Of a DNA stretch of 64,000 bases, positions 34,972-49,196 are shown piece by piece. The translations under genes and the position numbers were made by a program. The stretch is from Raja brachyura (taxonomy: Eukaryota). The stretch lies in NCBI GenBank assembly GCA_963514005.1, contig OY740811.1:18104001-18168000 (forward strand). The letters are read 5' to 3'. The notes below the pieces were generated by a model that saw only the letters and a list, made by a program, of their open reading frames with translations, did not search any database and was not told where the DNA came from. Position 1 is the first letter of the stretch. Every line of letters begins with the position of its first letter.

Positions 34972-35501
34972 AATACAAGCAAGGGGCTATGTACCGAGTA
35001 CAGTGGAAGTTCACAGTTAAAAAAACATTTTGTTACAAACACACCCATCTCTTGGATCCCATGGGCTTTTTCTTTCTCAACCATCTGGGACCTAACTAGC
35101 CTGTAATTACAACGTTTCTCCCTTACTTCCTTTCCAGACAACTGAGCAATGTCAGCGGGTCACCAAATCTCCAGCACCATTCCTGTAATCAGGGGACATT
35201 GACCTTTGAGAAATTGTAAAATTGAAATATTGGAATTTTTATGTCATTTGAACAATAATCTTTAGCCAAATAATTAGTGGGCTGAACGCTGTAGAAAATA
35301 GATTACGGCTAGACGGAATTTCCTGTGACTGATGCAAGTAAATAGGTTAAAAATAGTGATGGAAATGTATTGAGCGTAATCATAATGGATTTCACAATGG
35401 TCAGAAATAATTGTCCTTTGTTCTATACTATACTTCCTAAAATAAATATCCTGTACATTATGAAAGTACGGTACATGAATATAATTTGCTTTTTCCTTTA
35501 G

Positions 35502-35666
35502 ATCGCAATCCTTTTGTGGTCCGCGTTATCCCTGAGAGAGCAGAAGTGGAACAAGGTGGCAGGGTGATACTGAAATGCCAGGTTATTGGTCAAGCTCCTT
35601 TCTACTACTACTGGAGCAGAGCTGATGGTCAGCCCTTGTCCAGCCGAGTTCAGCAAAGGGCCCAAG
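35502..35666 (+). CDS. HSPG2: Perlecan exon, first domain IV Ig, N-half (DRNPFVVRVIPERAEVEQGGRVILKCQV...QQRAQ)
   Basis: ttcctttag acceptor, gtaatg donor, phase 1/1, Ig Cys and Trp core. Confidence 0.95.
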
Positions 35667-36204
35667 GTAATGCTGCAGAGGCGATGTCCCCAATGGTTTC
35701 CTCCATCTTCTGTAATACTTGCGACTGGGACAACTGAGAAAGGCATTTGATATTTGCCCACCAATGTTGATGGGCACCAGTGAGAAACACTGAGATGTAG
35801 AAACAAGAAACTGCAGACGCTGGTTTACAAAAGTGCTGGCTATCCATGTTCTCCAGAGATGCTGCCTGACCCGCTGAGTTACACCAGCATTTTGTGTCTT
35901 CTAGTGAGAAACAGATCCGGGTCCTTAACATGGAAGTTTGTAAGGTGCCCGACAAACATTCTAATTTTAGGAGAGGGGTTTTTGTGTCGGACAGTGATGA
36001 AGCATGCCATTGGAATAGTTTCTATAAACGGCCGAGGAAATCCGCTTTAGAGTCATGCAGGCAGCACTTCCCAACTCCACACCAACCTTCAGATGAATAT
36101 TTGCCCTATGTTAATGCTTTACCATTGTTAACTGTTTGAGGGTGGGTCATGTATCGTGTACCTAATGCTTGTTGTACTTTATACTGAAATATTTAGCAAT
36201 GTGA

Positions 36205-36963
36205 GAGTTTAGTTTATAGATACAGTGTGGAAACAAGCCCTTACTCCCACTGAGTCCCCACAGACCAAACCAGTACACTAGTTCAAACCTACACACAAGG
36301 GACAATTTACAGAAGCCGATTAACCTACAAACCTGCCCGTCTTTGAGCTATGGGAGGAAACCAGAGAACCCGGAGAAAATCCACATCGCCACAGGGAGAA
36401 TGTACAAACTCTGTAGAGACAGCAACATAGTCAAGATCGAATTTGGGTCTCTGGCCCGCTGTAAGGCAACTCTGCCACTGTGCCGCTCCTTAGAGACCCT
36501 GAAACCTGAAGAATGGTTCCAACCCAGAAACATCACCTGTCCAATCCAATGAAAGAGATTTTAATATTTCCATCACAATGGGTGAATGTCTGATAAATCA
36601 TTTTAAATTGTGTGAAAAGTGCTGGAGGAACTCAGCAGGCAGGCAACATGAAGGGAATGGAAAGACAAGATTTCAGGTTTTTAGAGATACACTGTGGAAA
36701 CGAGCCCTTCGGCAAATTGAGTCCAAGCTAACCACCAATCACCCATCAACACTAGTTCTATGTTATTCCACTGCCTACATATTGGGGACTAATTTACAGA
36801 GGGCCAATTATCCTACGAACCCACATATCTTTGGGACATGGGAGAAAACTGGAGTTCCCGGACATAACGGGGAGAATATGCAATCTCCACACAGATAGCA
36901 CCCAAGGTCGGGTTGCTGGTGCGATGAGGCGGTGGCTCTAGCAGCTGCACCACTCTACTGCCC
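36205..36963 (-). mobile_element. Two minus-strand V-SINEs (~36205-36487 and ~36675-36963)
   Basis: Reverse V-core TGGGAGGAAACC.GAG and reverse tail GTTTAGTTTA. Another minus-strand copy lies at ~2155-2470. Confidence 0.75.
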
Positions 36964-37124
36964 CTAGGTGACCTTGAAACCTGAATTGCAGATATTTGTC
37001 TTTGTTATGGGGACTTGACCATTGAAAGCTGATTGTTTTTTTGTTAGAAAGAAAGAGCTTGTATTTCTAACATTGTAAGTGAAATAAATGCCTCATCACC
37101 TTCCACTGCATCCTTCCCGTGCAG

Positions 37125-37235
37125 GTGAAGAGCTTTTGATCGAGGAAGTCAAACCATCAGATGCTGGAGTTTATATATGTACATGCCGAAATATGGAGAG
37201 CTCCAATTCAAGTCGGGTTGAAGTCTTTGTGACTG
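37125..37235 (+). CDS. HSPG2: Perlecan exon, Ig C-half (EELLIEEVKPSDAGVYICTCRNMESSNSSRVEVFVT)
   Basis: gtgcag acceptor, gtgagt donor, phase 1/1, DAGVYICTCRN motif. Confidence 0.96.
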
Positions 37236-38309
37236 GTGAGTTGAGGACAATAATTCACATCTCACAGCTCACTTTCATTGTTTCTGGGACAATGCAAACT
37301 CTTGTGTTTTATCATATCCTGGTGCACTTTCCTAGCTCTGGTCTGTAGACAAAAGAGCCAAATCTTTTACGGTGTGTCAAGCATATTATATACAGCTGTA
37401 CTACTTCCAAGGTTTCATCATTATGTGGAACTTACTGTTAGTTTACTTTTTTAAATGTTAACAAATCCCAGTCCAATGACCAAAAATGACATTTAATTGT
37501 AAATGTACTTAACTATGAGAGTACTTTTCACTCTGTTTAACCATAAATCTTCAGCAACCATTGCATTATTGCATTGAGATAGAGTGTGTAACAGAGACTG
37601 AGGTGTGATACTTTGTTTTTGAAATTGTAGTGAATATATTCCAAACAAACTGCGTGCAGTCGAATGTAGACAGCCATTAGCCCTTGGAGTTCCTCAGGAG
37701 GGAATTATTTACTTCAAATAGCTCTGTGCATTCTTTAGTAATGTCAAAACGATAGCTCAACTACATCTGTGGAGGGTTTACAGTGCATTCAGTCAAAGCT
37801 GAGAGTTCACTCTACCCCTTTTAAATCAGATGCCATTCATTTAAATTGGTTGTTAATTCAGATTTGGTGGGAACTATTCACCCCCTTCTTTGATTTAAGT
37901 TGATTTATTTGAGAAATGGATAACTGAAATGTTCTTGAGTAAAGAGCAAATCAGAAGTATATAAGTTTAGCTGCAGAATTTAAAATGTGGGATACTCCAG
38001 CATCTGCAAAGCCGGCAGGTTTTTCAATTAAAATCACCACCTTTGGGTCACAAGCTTTCCCTCCACATTTCTTACCAGGATTGGTCTGTTGTTGTTTTAT
38101 GATTTCCTCCTTTCTCAAATGTACGGCTTTCCTTAATTTAGACAGCCACAGAATAGATGCACCTTGATTTTGGGGTGGGGGGGGGGGGGGGGGGGGGGGG
38201 ATGGGAGGTTGTGTCCAAAATTGGGCTTTTCAATGTTTATATTCAATATTTATATATTCTTGATAATGTTGATAACTCAGCCATATGCATCGACCCATTC
38301 TCTCCACAG

Positions 38310-38410
38310 CAACCTCATTCAAAGCCATAACTGTGACTGTAGAAGAGCCAAAGACACAGACTGTAAGAGCGGGCATCACTGTCAATTTTATCTGCACTGC
38401 AAAGAGTCAG
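38310..38410 (+). CDS. HSPG2: Perlecan exon (TSFKAITVTVEEPKTQTVRAGITVNFICTAKSQ)
   Basis: ccacag acceptor, CAG|gtaaac donor, phase 1/0. Confidence 0.95.
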
Positions 38411-38513
38411 GTAAACAACAGATTCATCATACTCAAGAGTCAGCCGTTCCTTTCAGTACGATAACTTTGTGCTTAAACAAGATCCAATTGCAGAATGTAC
38501 ATTGAGAGCCTAA

Positions 38514-39013
38514 ATGGCCTGTCTCACTTGGGCGACCTAATCCGCGAGTTCTGGCGAGTTTGCCCTCGACTCATACTCGCATCATGGTCGACACGAGGTC
38601 ATAGGAGGTCTTCGTAACTCTCCTTCATGCTCGAGAGTGGTCTCCGCGTACTCGAGGCCTCAGCTAGGTTGCGGTGTATTTTTCAATATGTTAATAAATG
38701 CCCGTGAGTAAAAAAAGGTTGCCATGGAAAAAATCGATACTTTTTGTGCTCGTAGGTTTAATCGTAGTAGGTCGGCATGTTAGTCATAGGTAATCGAAGG
38801 TAATCAAAGGTAGTCGTAGATAATCTTCATCATAGTCGAATGGAGGTCGAAGGAGGTCGGCTTCACTCTCCACTATTCGGTGTCCAATTTTCCCGAAGTT
38901 AGCCGTAGACAGTGGAAGCTAGTCTTCTACATATTCGAAGGAGGTCTTCAACATGTCATTTTTTCAAACTCTTCTAAACTCGCCAATTAGGTCGCCCAAG
39001 TGGGACAGCCCCT
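38514..39013. mobile_element. MITE of the same TIR family (PIF/Harbinger-like)
   Basis: TIRs ATGGCCTGTCTCACTTGGGCGACCTAAT / ATTAGGTCGCCCAAGTGGGACAGCCCCT, TAA and TTA flanks, internal GTAGTC-like repeats. Confidence 0.8.
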
Positions 39014-39982
39014 TTAGGCAGCTTTCATTCAGGCTGGGTTACCTGAACACAGTTCCGCAAAGATTTTTAGTCCTATCAGCAGATGTAAATTATGATGTGT
39101 TCAACGTACAGGATCACTTTCATATGTTCATGTAAGTGATGCTGTGGTAGAGTTGCTGCCTCACAGCGCCAGAGACCCGGGTTCGATTCTGCCTACGGGC
39201 GATGTCTGTTTGAAGTTTATATGTTCTCCCTGTTACCACATGTGTTTTCTTCGAATGCTCTGGTTTCCTCCCACATTCCAAAGACGTGCGGGTTAGTAGG
39301 CTAATTGGCTTCTGTATAGTGTCCCCAGTGTGTAGGATAGAAATAATGTTCAGGTGATCACTGGTCGGCAGGTTCAGTGGGGCAAAGGGCCTTTTTCCAT
39401 GCTGTGTCTCTAAGGTAAACAAAATCTAATGGTTAATTGCATATGTAACTGTAACTCGTGATGTGTTCAGGAGAGAGGTAGATAGAGCTCTTGGGGCTAA
39501 CAGAATCAAGGGGTATGGGGGGGAAAGGCAGGAACAACGTACTGATTCTGGATGATCAGCCATGATCATATTGAATGGTAGTGCTGGCTTGAAGGGCTGA
39601 ATGGCCTACTCCTGCACCTTTCTATGTTTCCATGAGATTTACCAATCATTGCATCTTATTTCATGGCGTTATGCACTGCCCTTTTGCTTGCTGCTATATT
39701 GTGAGGAGCTATTCCCCTGCTCCTGTGCATCACTAACCGAGTTAAAATATTGGCGCCGTAAGGCAGCAACTCTATCGTTGCGCCATTGCCACCCAAGGCA
39801 ACTTGTGAGGCAAGAGCTCTACCCACTGTGCCACAATAGAGCTGAAATTGCAATTGAGTTTAAGTGCTCAATTTGCTGAGCATTTTTGTAGAAGAAGATG
39901 TTGATTTTACTCCAGTATTTGGTTAGTAACTGCTCATTTCCTGAAGACTCACACTCATGTGTGGTGCGCTCTCTTTCTCTAG

Positions 39983-40163
39983 TCCCCAGCGTACACATTG
40001 GTGTGGACCCGTCAACATGGCAGCAAATTGCCAAACACCGCAGTGGACTTCAATGGAATCTTGACCATCCGTAACGTTCGCCCCGAGGATGCCGGCATCT
40101 ACGTCTGCACTGGCTCCAACATGTTTGCTATGGACGAGGGGACCGCTGTGCTAACCGTACCAG
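39983..40163 (+). CDS. HSPG2: Perlecan exon (SPAYTLVWTRQHGSKLPNTAVDFNGILTIRNVRPEDAGIYVCTGSNMFAMDEGTAVLTVP)
   Basis: tctctag acceptor, CAG|gtttgt donor, phase 0/1. Carries the conserved SPAYTLVWTR and CTGSNMFAMD motifs. Confidence 0.97.
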
Positions 40164-41484
40164 GTTTGTGATCTGCACCATTATGTACTCATCATCCTCT
40201 CCTTCAATGGTGCATGGCATTCCACCACCTTCCCCTGCACGACCTTCCCCTCCCTTGATTTGCATTGATTCCCTCAACGCAATCTGGTCTTAATCCATCA
40301 AATTAAATCCCGGTACTAATATTGTTTGAATTCAATTTTAGTTAAATAAAACAAATTTACTTGGAAAATGTAATTAACTGGCTTTGTTCGTCTGCATACA
40401 ATTAAGATTTTGTTACTGTTGTGCAAAGCTGTTCATTTCAACAGCTTCCGATCACAATGGTGTATGATGGATGCAAATTCTTATTCATAGCTTCTTTGCA
40501 ATATTCTTTATTAATATGATATTCTTAATTAATATAATTTATCGTTGCAATTCTCTCACAATAGACGATAGCCATTTAGCCCAACAAATCTATGCCAGCT
40601 CACAGAGCAGTCCCATTAATTCTCTTTCCCTATTTACTTTCTTCTATTTCTAATTCCGATTAATTTTCCCCCTTCATTCTCCTGCAGCCCACTCACGCTA
40701 GGGAATAACTTACAGTAGCTAGTTAATTACACCATCGTGATTTTGGGATGTGAGTGGAGATGGAACACTCACAGTGTGGCATGGTGGTGTAGCAGGAGAG
40801 CTACTCCCTTTCAGCGACAGTGACCCAGGTTCGATCTTGACTACGTTCTCCCCATGAACTGCGTGGGTTTTCTCTGAGATCTTCGGTTGCCTCCCCCTCT
40901 CCAAAGACGTACATGTTTGTAGGTTAATTGGCTTAGTGTAATTATAAAATTGTTCCCAGTGTGTGTAAGATAGTGTTCGTGTGCAGGGATCGCTGGTCGG
41001 CCTGTTTTGGGGCTGTTTCCGCGCTGTATCTCTGAACTAAACTAAACAGAGAGACTCCACTCAGTCGCAGAGAGAACGTGGCATTTCCACATCGATGATA
41101 CCGAGGTCAGGATCGAACCTGGTTTGCAGAAGCTGACGTAGGAACACTATCCAACTTCCCCCACTTGCGTGTATGCGGGGGAAGTTACTGGAGTTGGCTT
41201 GCAGAATTTTTTTTTGTCTTCCAATTGTATCAGGTTAATTCTGAAACTATATTGGACAAAAAGGTCTCCCATTGAGTTTTCAGAGATCAGAGGTGCTTTT
41301 AGACTTTCCAGTTTGGTGCTATGAAATTATGTGTAAAGTTGTAGATATTTTCTTTTGATTTTATGTATCTAAGACAACCACTGTAATATTTTCATTTATT
41401 TATCTGTCAGTTCTGACACTGACGAGCCAATTTAGTTCAACACTGTGAACTTTATCCATTTAAAACAACTATTGGATCTCATTA

Positions 41485-41992
41485 CATAGAAACATAAAAA
41501 ATAGGTGCATGAGGAGGCTCTTCGAGCCTGCACCGCCATTCATTGGGATCATGGCTGATCATCCACAATCAGTAACCCGTGCCTGCTTTCTTCCGATATC
41601 CCTTGATTCCGCTAGCTCCTAGAGCTCTATCTAACTTGAATTGGCTTCTGCCTTCTGTGGCAGAGAATTCCACAAATTCACAAATCTCTGGGTGAAAAAG
41701 TTTTTTCTCATCTCAGTTTTAAATGGCCTCCCCTTGATTCTTGGACTGTGGCCCCTGGTTCTGGACTCTCCCATCATTGGGAACATTTTTCCTGCATCTA
41801 GCTTGTCTAGTCCTTTAATAATTTTATAACGTTGTATACGTTTCTATACAATCCCCTCTCATCCTTCTAAATTCTAGTGAATGAAAGCCCAGTCTTTCCA
41901 ATCTTTCCTCAAATGACAGTCCCGCCATCCAGGGGATTAACCACGTGAACCTACACTGCACTGCCTATAGCAAGGATGTCCTTCCTCAAATT
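41485..41992 (-). mobile_element. CR1 LINE 3' fragment
   Basis: Reverse CR1 tail and RT end (GGCAGAGAATTCCACAAATTCACA). Confidence 0.8.
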
Positions 41993-44900
41993 ACTGCTAT
42001 TGAATAGTGCGCAACTAAATTTATATATCTGTATTAATTTTAAACTCTTCCCGCCAAAAAGAGACGCAAAGTTTACGTAGCGTGAATTAATTGCCTTTAC
42101 CTGTGTTAAAGATCGCACACATCCGATTAGTTAGTGTAGAATGCTGTTATTCCCTACACAAAAAGCAGGCACTCGTTAAAATGCTGACTGCATTTAATTC
42201 TTAAGGTCAAGTGAGAAGTTGTGTACAGAAATGCCAAACACGAACCTCAACTGCAGTGTTTTAAAGATTGTTTCTGAACCATGGTGTATGGGACAGATCT
42301 TGCAACGCTACCGAATGTAGTGGCAAGAACTCGAGTCCTTCACCGCTTTACAAACAGCGAGTCACCTATAGCAGGAACGTGATTAAAGCAATTGTCAGCC
42401 AATGTTTTTGTTCATACTCCTGCAAGAAGTTCAAAGCATTGTTATATAATCTGTGCTATTACTAATTGACTACTGCATGACCTGGTTATGGCATGGAGCT
42501 CCATCTATCAGCTTGAATTTCTTGCCGACCAGTGAAATGTTCTTGAAAATGTGGCTGTTACTGGTGCTTAAGTGACACACTGTGAATTGTTAATCTAGAG
42601 TTACTTCCCAGTCTGCCACTGCCATTGTACATGGTGCAACAATTAAAAATAAAATCATGTAAATCTGTTTAATTGTATTTTGTACAGAAGTAAAGCTTTT
42701 GCATATACTAACATGCATGTGTGTGCCTAGCTTTTTTTAAAATAATCTTAGTGTCTTGAAACCCAACTATTTATTGCACCACTGCTTTTTTTCCATTTCT
42801 TGCACACATTAAATCATCCCCTTCAATCATTTTTAACATTGTATGTATCGATGAAAAGATTCCAATGATTCATCCGACTCCCTGTGACCGCGTGGGTTTT
42901 CTCTGGTTGCTCTGGTTTCCTCCCACATTCCAAAGATGTACAGATTTGTACGTTATTTGGCTTCTGTAAATTGCCCCTGGTGTGTAGGGTGCGAATGTGG
43001 GATAATATAAAACTAGTGTACAGGTTGGCGTGGACCCGGTGAGCCGGAGTGCCTGTTTCCCTGCTGTATCTCTAAACTGAACTAAATTAACCATTTTTTC
43101 GGATGGCTTAGACACCAGTCACACGGAACAAGTTGCTAAGCCCAACAAATGCGTTACGTTTGAAGGAGAGTTGGGGACTGCTTGACGAATTGCCACTCTA
43201 TTAATAATCTAGCATCTAAAATTACAGATAATGTGGAGACATACGTCGAGACATTCTCCCTGATATCATTTCATAGCCACATTTCATATTTTACTTACTC
43301 GCTATACTCAAGGCTTGGTTTGGTCTTTCTGCTTCTCAGTTATGTTTTGTCAGCAAAGAAAATGTTTTTGTAAAATTTATTTCCTCTCAGAATTTGCAAT
43401 ATATCTATTAATTTGTTAAAAATTCTTAAAAGTTTGTAAGAGAGTCCATTTCACGAACAGTACCAAAAAAAACGGTCATTTCACTCAACAGTTCCTGCCT
43501 CAAATTGTAATGCGAGGGGAAAAATAGATCAGCCACAATTAAATGGCGGAGTTGACTCGATGGGCCGTATGGCCTAATTCTGCTCCTATGTCATGATCTT
43601 ATGACCACCAGTGCTGTATGAGTGGAACCCCTTGGTTGTTAGGGTAATCATTTACATTTTGTTCTTAACATGCCTGTCCCTTTAATGTCCAAAGTTCCCT
43701 GCTTGACTAAAACTCTTAGTTAGAATTTCCAAGTTAACGTATAAACTTGAAGCAAGGATCCTCAAGGATCAAAGCAATCTTGTCTCGGTCAAAAGTGGAA
43801 ATATGACATCCTAATGAGAGCACTGACTTATTCCTGGCCCTACTGCCCAACCACAAGATGAACTGGAGGTCTCAGGACCTGCTGTTCCAAATCAGACAGT
43901 GGAACTTTTTGACAGATCCAGCGTCCTTCTTTGAACTCTGAGTTTGTTTTACAACAATGTGTAGTGCCCTGCAGGCTTTAAAGGAAAATATCCAATTGGA
44001 AATTCCGTATGCAGGGTGACCATTTACAATCCAAATATAGTGTTTTCATAATTTTCCCTCCAAGTTCAAGTTACATTTGCATTACCTCATGTTTGGTTCT
44101 TTATACAGCCAGTCGGCCAGTTTATATTGTAAGACTTCTGTCAGAATGATATTGATTTTTCTCTGGTAGTGCAGTATTTTTTACAAAGTTATATTGAAAA
44201 AATGTCAGAGAATTCCAGGAAAATGCCAAGGATTGTTTTTTAGAGACACTTCACGGGTTTGGAATTCCACCGGGGAGATTTTAACCAGTCTGGGGTAGGA
44301 TAAGGCAGAGTCTTGAGTGCCCAACTGTGCGGGTAGATCTTCACCACATCTTTGGCATACAATGTAATTACAAATTAATTGGATTCAAACATTTGCGAGA
44401 TAATGTTTATATTGAAGACATCAACTTCAAAATATCCCATATAAAGCCTCAAAAAATAGAATCTGCTCGTATGATCTTGAATGTACATTCCCAGTAAGTT
44501 ATAAGCTCTTTTGCTGTTAGCAGGGGCAGCAGTTTTATGTTTGTGACCTCTGGTTTCTATGTAATATCGAACATTGTGACATCAGTTCTACCTCGAGGTA
44601 TTTACTATTCAGAAGGTAGTCAAATATGCTGGAGAAACTCAGCGGGTAAGGCAGCATCTATGGAGTGAAGGAATAGGCGACGTTTCGGGTCGAGACCCTT
44701 CTTCAGACTAGACTTATTCAGAAAGATTCCATTGGATGCATTAACCTAAAATTCCCCCCTCTCATCCTGCGGGAAATTATTCCATAATGTAGAGCATTTT
44801 CTTGAATGCCTTTCTTGTTTTGTGAAGAAATCTCTTACCCAGGTTGCACACAACATACTCACGGGGCATATTTTCATATTTTACTGGGTTACATGGGAAC

Positions 44901-46396
44901 AATTGGGGGGGGAGAACTGGAGTTAATGCCAAATGCGGGAAACAAATGGAGTTAGTCCCACCTCTTGGGACAATGTTAAAGAGATCCAAAAAGCTGCTTG
45001 GAATAATATTAAAAATGAACCAGGCATTTCAAAGTGGTACTTTGGCATTGCATACCGACTATAAATAAAGCATATAGTTCTCATCACTTTGTAAGGGAAT
45101 TGGAGATTGACTGCTTTTGACTGAAACATTCCACAATCTATGAAAAGCAAAAGACTTCTGCTGTTAATAAACATAAAATACTGAAAACAATAACCTGAAA
45201 TCTTACTCTGTTCCTCTTTCAACAAAATGATGCCTGACCTGCTGAACACTTTCAGCATTTTCTGATTTTAATTCTACAGTCTATTTACCATCTGCTGTAC
45301 CACATTCCCAAGGTTCATGTTGCTGTTCTATGATGGGGAGGACATTTGAGTGAATACTTTGAGTGGTTACTTTGTTTTTCATGGAAGTATGATTTGCTTT
45401 TTAAGTTATTAAATTTTACTCCTATACTGCTTCAGGGTGCTGAACCTGAGAGGTAAGATTCATGTGTTGGGAGAAATTGCAGTTGCTGGTTTACACCGGA
45501 GATAGACACAAAATGCTGGAGTAACTCAGAGGGACAGGCAGCAACATCTCTGGAGAGAAGGAATGGGCGATGTTTCGGGTCGAGACCCTTCTTCAGATAA
45601 CTTAATTCAGTAAAATTAATTCTTTAACACTGTGAGAGAGGTCTTGTCCTTGGACAGATCCATTTTTACTGTATGAACATACGGGATGTCCACTTCATTT
45701 GTCTGAAGATTTGGTGCTTCACAGTTGGTTTCATGTTCTCAGGATGTGTTTAGCCTTGGCAAGGTTTTTATGATATTAGGGTCTATCTCTTGTTATTAAA
45801 CCAAAATCATTGAAAGTCTGAAAAATATGAACTGAGACCTGATCACCTGGCTCTCCCAAATTCTAACAATTCCAACCACAAACACCCCGTTAGCATTGTT
45901 GATTGAATTGTCTGACCTCTTGGATTCAATGTCCAAGCATGACATTTAATTTTGATCAGAATAGGAAACTGGTTCACTTCGTCCCTTTTGTAATTAACAC
46001 TATTTGGAAGTAACTTTGCAGAAAAAAACCTGTTATTTTTGGATAAACTTTGTCCTGGTGCATGCAATTATTCTTTATGTCAAACTAATGGTATTAATAT
46101 CCAACCCACATTTCTTCGAAAGAAGCTTCACTGGGAAGTTAGTTTATGTAACCTAATACAGTGAAATAATGGCCATAATGCTGATGCCTTTAGACTAATT
46201 ATGTAGTTCTTGATACGCAGTAATTTGTTATTAATTATTTTTTATAATGTGTGGTCATTGGATTAAAGTTGCAAGTTCAAGCACTTGTGGTCAAAGATGC
46301 TTGTGGTTGAGTGCCTAGGACAAAAAAAACATCAGTGAAATTACTGCATGTGCTTCAGACTGAGAAACGTGTTTATTTTTGGTGGGTTTCATGTAA

Positions 46397-46706
46397 AGGG
46401 CCTGTCCCACTTACACATTTTTTTTTGCCTACCTGCCGGCACCCGTTGTAGTCACAGCAGGTCACCGAAAACGTTCAAAATGTTGAAAATCCAGCGGCGA
46501 CCAGAAAAAGGTACGACTCTTTGGGCGACGACTCACGACCATACAGGCGACATTTTGTGAGATGGCACCTGTATGGTCGTGAGTAGTCGCCCAAAGAGTG
46601 GTACCTTTTTCTGGTCGCCGCTGGATTTTCAACATTTTGAAAATTTTCAGTGATCTGCTGCGACTATGACGGTCGCCGAAAAAATTGCGTAAGTGGGACA
46701 GGCCCT
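46397..46706. mobile_element. Palindromic MITE, PIF/Harbinger-like
   Basis: TIR AGGGCCTGTCCCACTTAC...GTAAGTGGGACAGGCCCT, TAA on both sides, internal arms largely complementary. Confidence 0.85.
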
Positions 46707-46820
46707 TAAGAGGTTTGGTTTCAGATTTTTCATTACCCGTGGAAGAATGGGGTTTGTTTGGCCTCGTATGCAGTGGGAAGTTACTTACCAGAAATTTAAC
46801 CTGACTTGTTAAATTCACAG

Positions 46821-46874
46821 CACCGACACAGGTCCATTTTCACACATTTGAAACGGCAGAAGGATACAGACAAC
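46821..46874 (+). CDS. HSPG2: Candidate inter-Ig cassette exon (APTQVHFHTFETAEGYRQP)
   Basis: aaattcacag acceptor, consensus gtaagt donor, 54 nt, open, phase 1/1 like the host intron. Confidence 0.65.
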
Positions 46875-49196
46875 GTAAGTCAGCATGGTGTGATGATGAT
46901 GATCTATTAATTTATTTTTTTCCGGGAATCTATCTTTCTTGTATACAGATCTCTCTCCAGTAGCCCTTCGAGAAGTTGGTGTGCGTTCTTCATGAGTTAC
47001 AGGGTTACTGAGGATTAAGGAGACTCAAATGGGACTAATGCAATTGCTTACCTGGGAACCAGTATAGGCTTGATTGGCTGAATGGACACCATTTATGCCA
47101 ATATCATGATAGATGAGCTAAATATGGGGAACATTTAAACAGTTAAAGAAAGAGGCCAAAAGGGTTCCGATCCTGAAACGTCACCCATCCTTATTCTCCC
47201 GAGATGCTGCTTGACCCACTGAATTATTCCAGCACTTCTGTCTCCGGCAAGTTAGGATCCCACTTGCTACCCGAATGAAATCTCGTCTCCAATGTATTTC
47301 TTTAAAAAAGGCACATGGAGGCTTTCATGGTACTTTCACACGATCATCAAGTGGACAATTTCCACCTACTAACACCTCACATCGTCACTAAAGTGGAGAT
47401 TCTCTGAAGAGGGGTCTCAATCCGAGACGTTATCCATTCCTTCTCTCCAGAGATGCTGCCTGTCCCGCTGAGTTCAGCAGCATTTTGTGTCTACTATGTA
47501 AGCCAGCATCTGCCGTTCCTTCCTACACATCTATCCATTGCTACTCGACCTATCCATTTTAGGCAGATTTGTCCCGAACCTGATGCAAGACGAATCTCCT
47601 CTATGTCACTGAATCATTGGGAAAGATTTTCCACTCTTCAATTCCACCAAGCTAAGGGATAAAGTATGTGAGTTTAGAAAGAACCAGTCAGCAATTAGCA
47701 GCTCTGTTGACCCAGCCCTCAATTTATTTTCAAATGGAGAGCGTTCACCAACTTTCGTTCCTGATCACGGATGCTATTGGGATGCTTGATTGGGTTCCAG
47801 TGAATTCTCACACATTATTCTGTTGTAGCAATGCATGCAAGCAGACGTCTAGACACCCCTCATGTAATTCATTTTGTGCATTATTTCTCCAAAGTCTTGT
47901 GCATGACCCTGAATCATTCCTTTGCCTTTGTATTAGACCAGACATTGGGTCAGCATGCCTATCTCCTACATATCTGACTTTATTCTTAATTGATGGCAAT
48001 TGTTCCTACAATGGTTTTATCTTCTGTGATTGTTTTGGAGAATGTATGTCAAGTTGCTAAGGCCATGAGGAGGGCCATTTTGGATCAAAACTACCGAACC
48101 CCATGTTAGTGAGTGGGGTTTATAAGACCAATAAGTAACAGCATGAGAGAGCAGGAGATGAAAGGCAATTTTCAAACTATATTTCATGAACAATAACAAA
48201 ATTGATTGACCTTTATGTCAGGGAGGCAGGAAGACGCCAGTGATCCTAGTTAGTGCATTCTGACTCTGCCAAAGCTGCAGTGGCAGCAGCTGAGTTGGAA
48301 ATTTCAACACTGAGGCAGTTTGATATTTGCTGGATAACGGGAGGTCAGGTGAGTGAAGCCTTGGTAAATAGCATTGTGAAAGTGATAGAACTGAGTAAAC
48401 GTGGAAAGAGGCTTCAACAGCAATGGCCCACTCTTAACTCCTGGAAAACCTCAACAAACATTTTTGGAGCTTGGAAATTAAATATTTCATTTTAATAGGC
48501 ACAGCAGCTTATGTGCATCATTTCAGTTTGTTTGTCCGTTACTTTAGATGCCACTGTAAATGTAATTATCTGTGAATGGCTTCATAGTCCATACACCAGC
48601 TCAGAGCTGTTACTGTCTATCAAGCCTGCTCAAAATATTGTGCTGAATTTTCCAGCATCAAAGGGATCCGTTAAAGTAAAGATAAGATTTAAATAGTTAT
48701 AAAATCAAGGCCTATACTGGTGCTGTGACAGAATTAAGCAGATGTTGAACAAAGAGTTAATGTGTTACTGTGCCACCTTTCACTGCATCCATCAGCATAA
48801 ATAACAGAAACTGACTTCTCACACCATTGCTATAATACGTCCGAAAGCTGGCTGTCATCCCTGGGGCTTTTGCCAAGATTCTGAATTATCTTCGCTTTAC
48901 ACAGTGATATTGTTTGAGCTCATCTGCTGCCAGGCCAGCACAGTGAGTGCAAACCCAGCTCAGTGGCATTGTTCATAGTGTCAGCCCGCATCAGTGTTGC
49001 AGGGGATCTAGCTCATCGCTGTGGCACCACTGACATGCCTGGTCACTTCTTCATCCACAACCACACTGTCATCAACTAATACGCTGCTTCCTTGTGAAGA
49101 GCAAGTGTTGAGAAAGTTGTTTTTTTGTTAATCATGTACAAGGAAAGTCCAGGTAGCAACATTCCTTCTTAGTTTGCTGATGTTTGTGACAATTTA

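Noticed and set aside
48275-48348. Strong donor CAG|gtgagt with an upstream open frame
   Set aside because: Weak acceptor, phase 1/0 with no clear partner exon, and no recognisable peptide.
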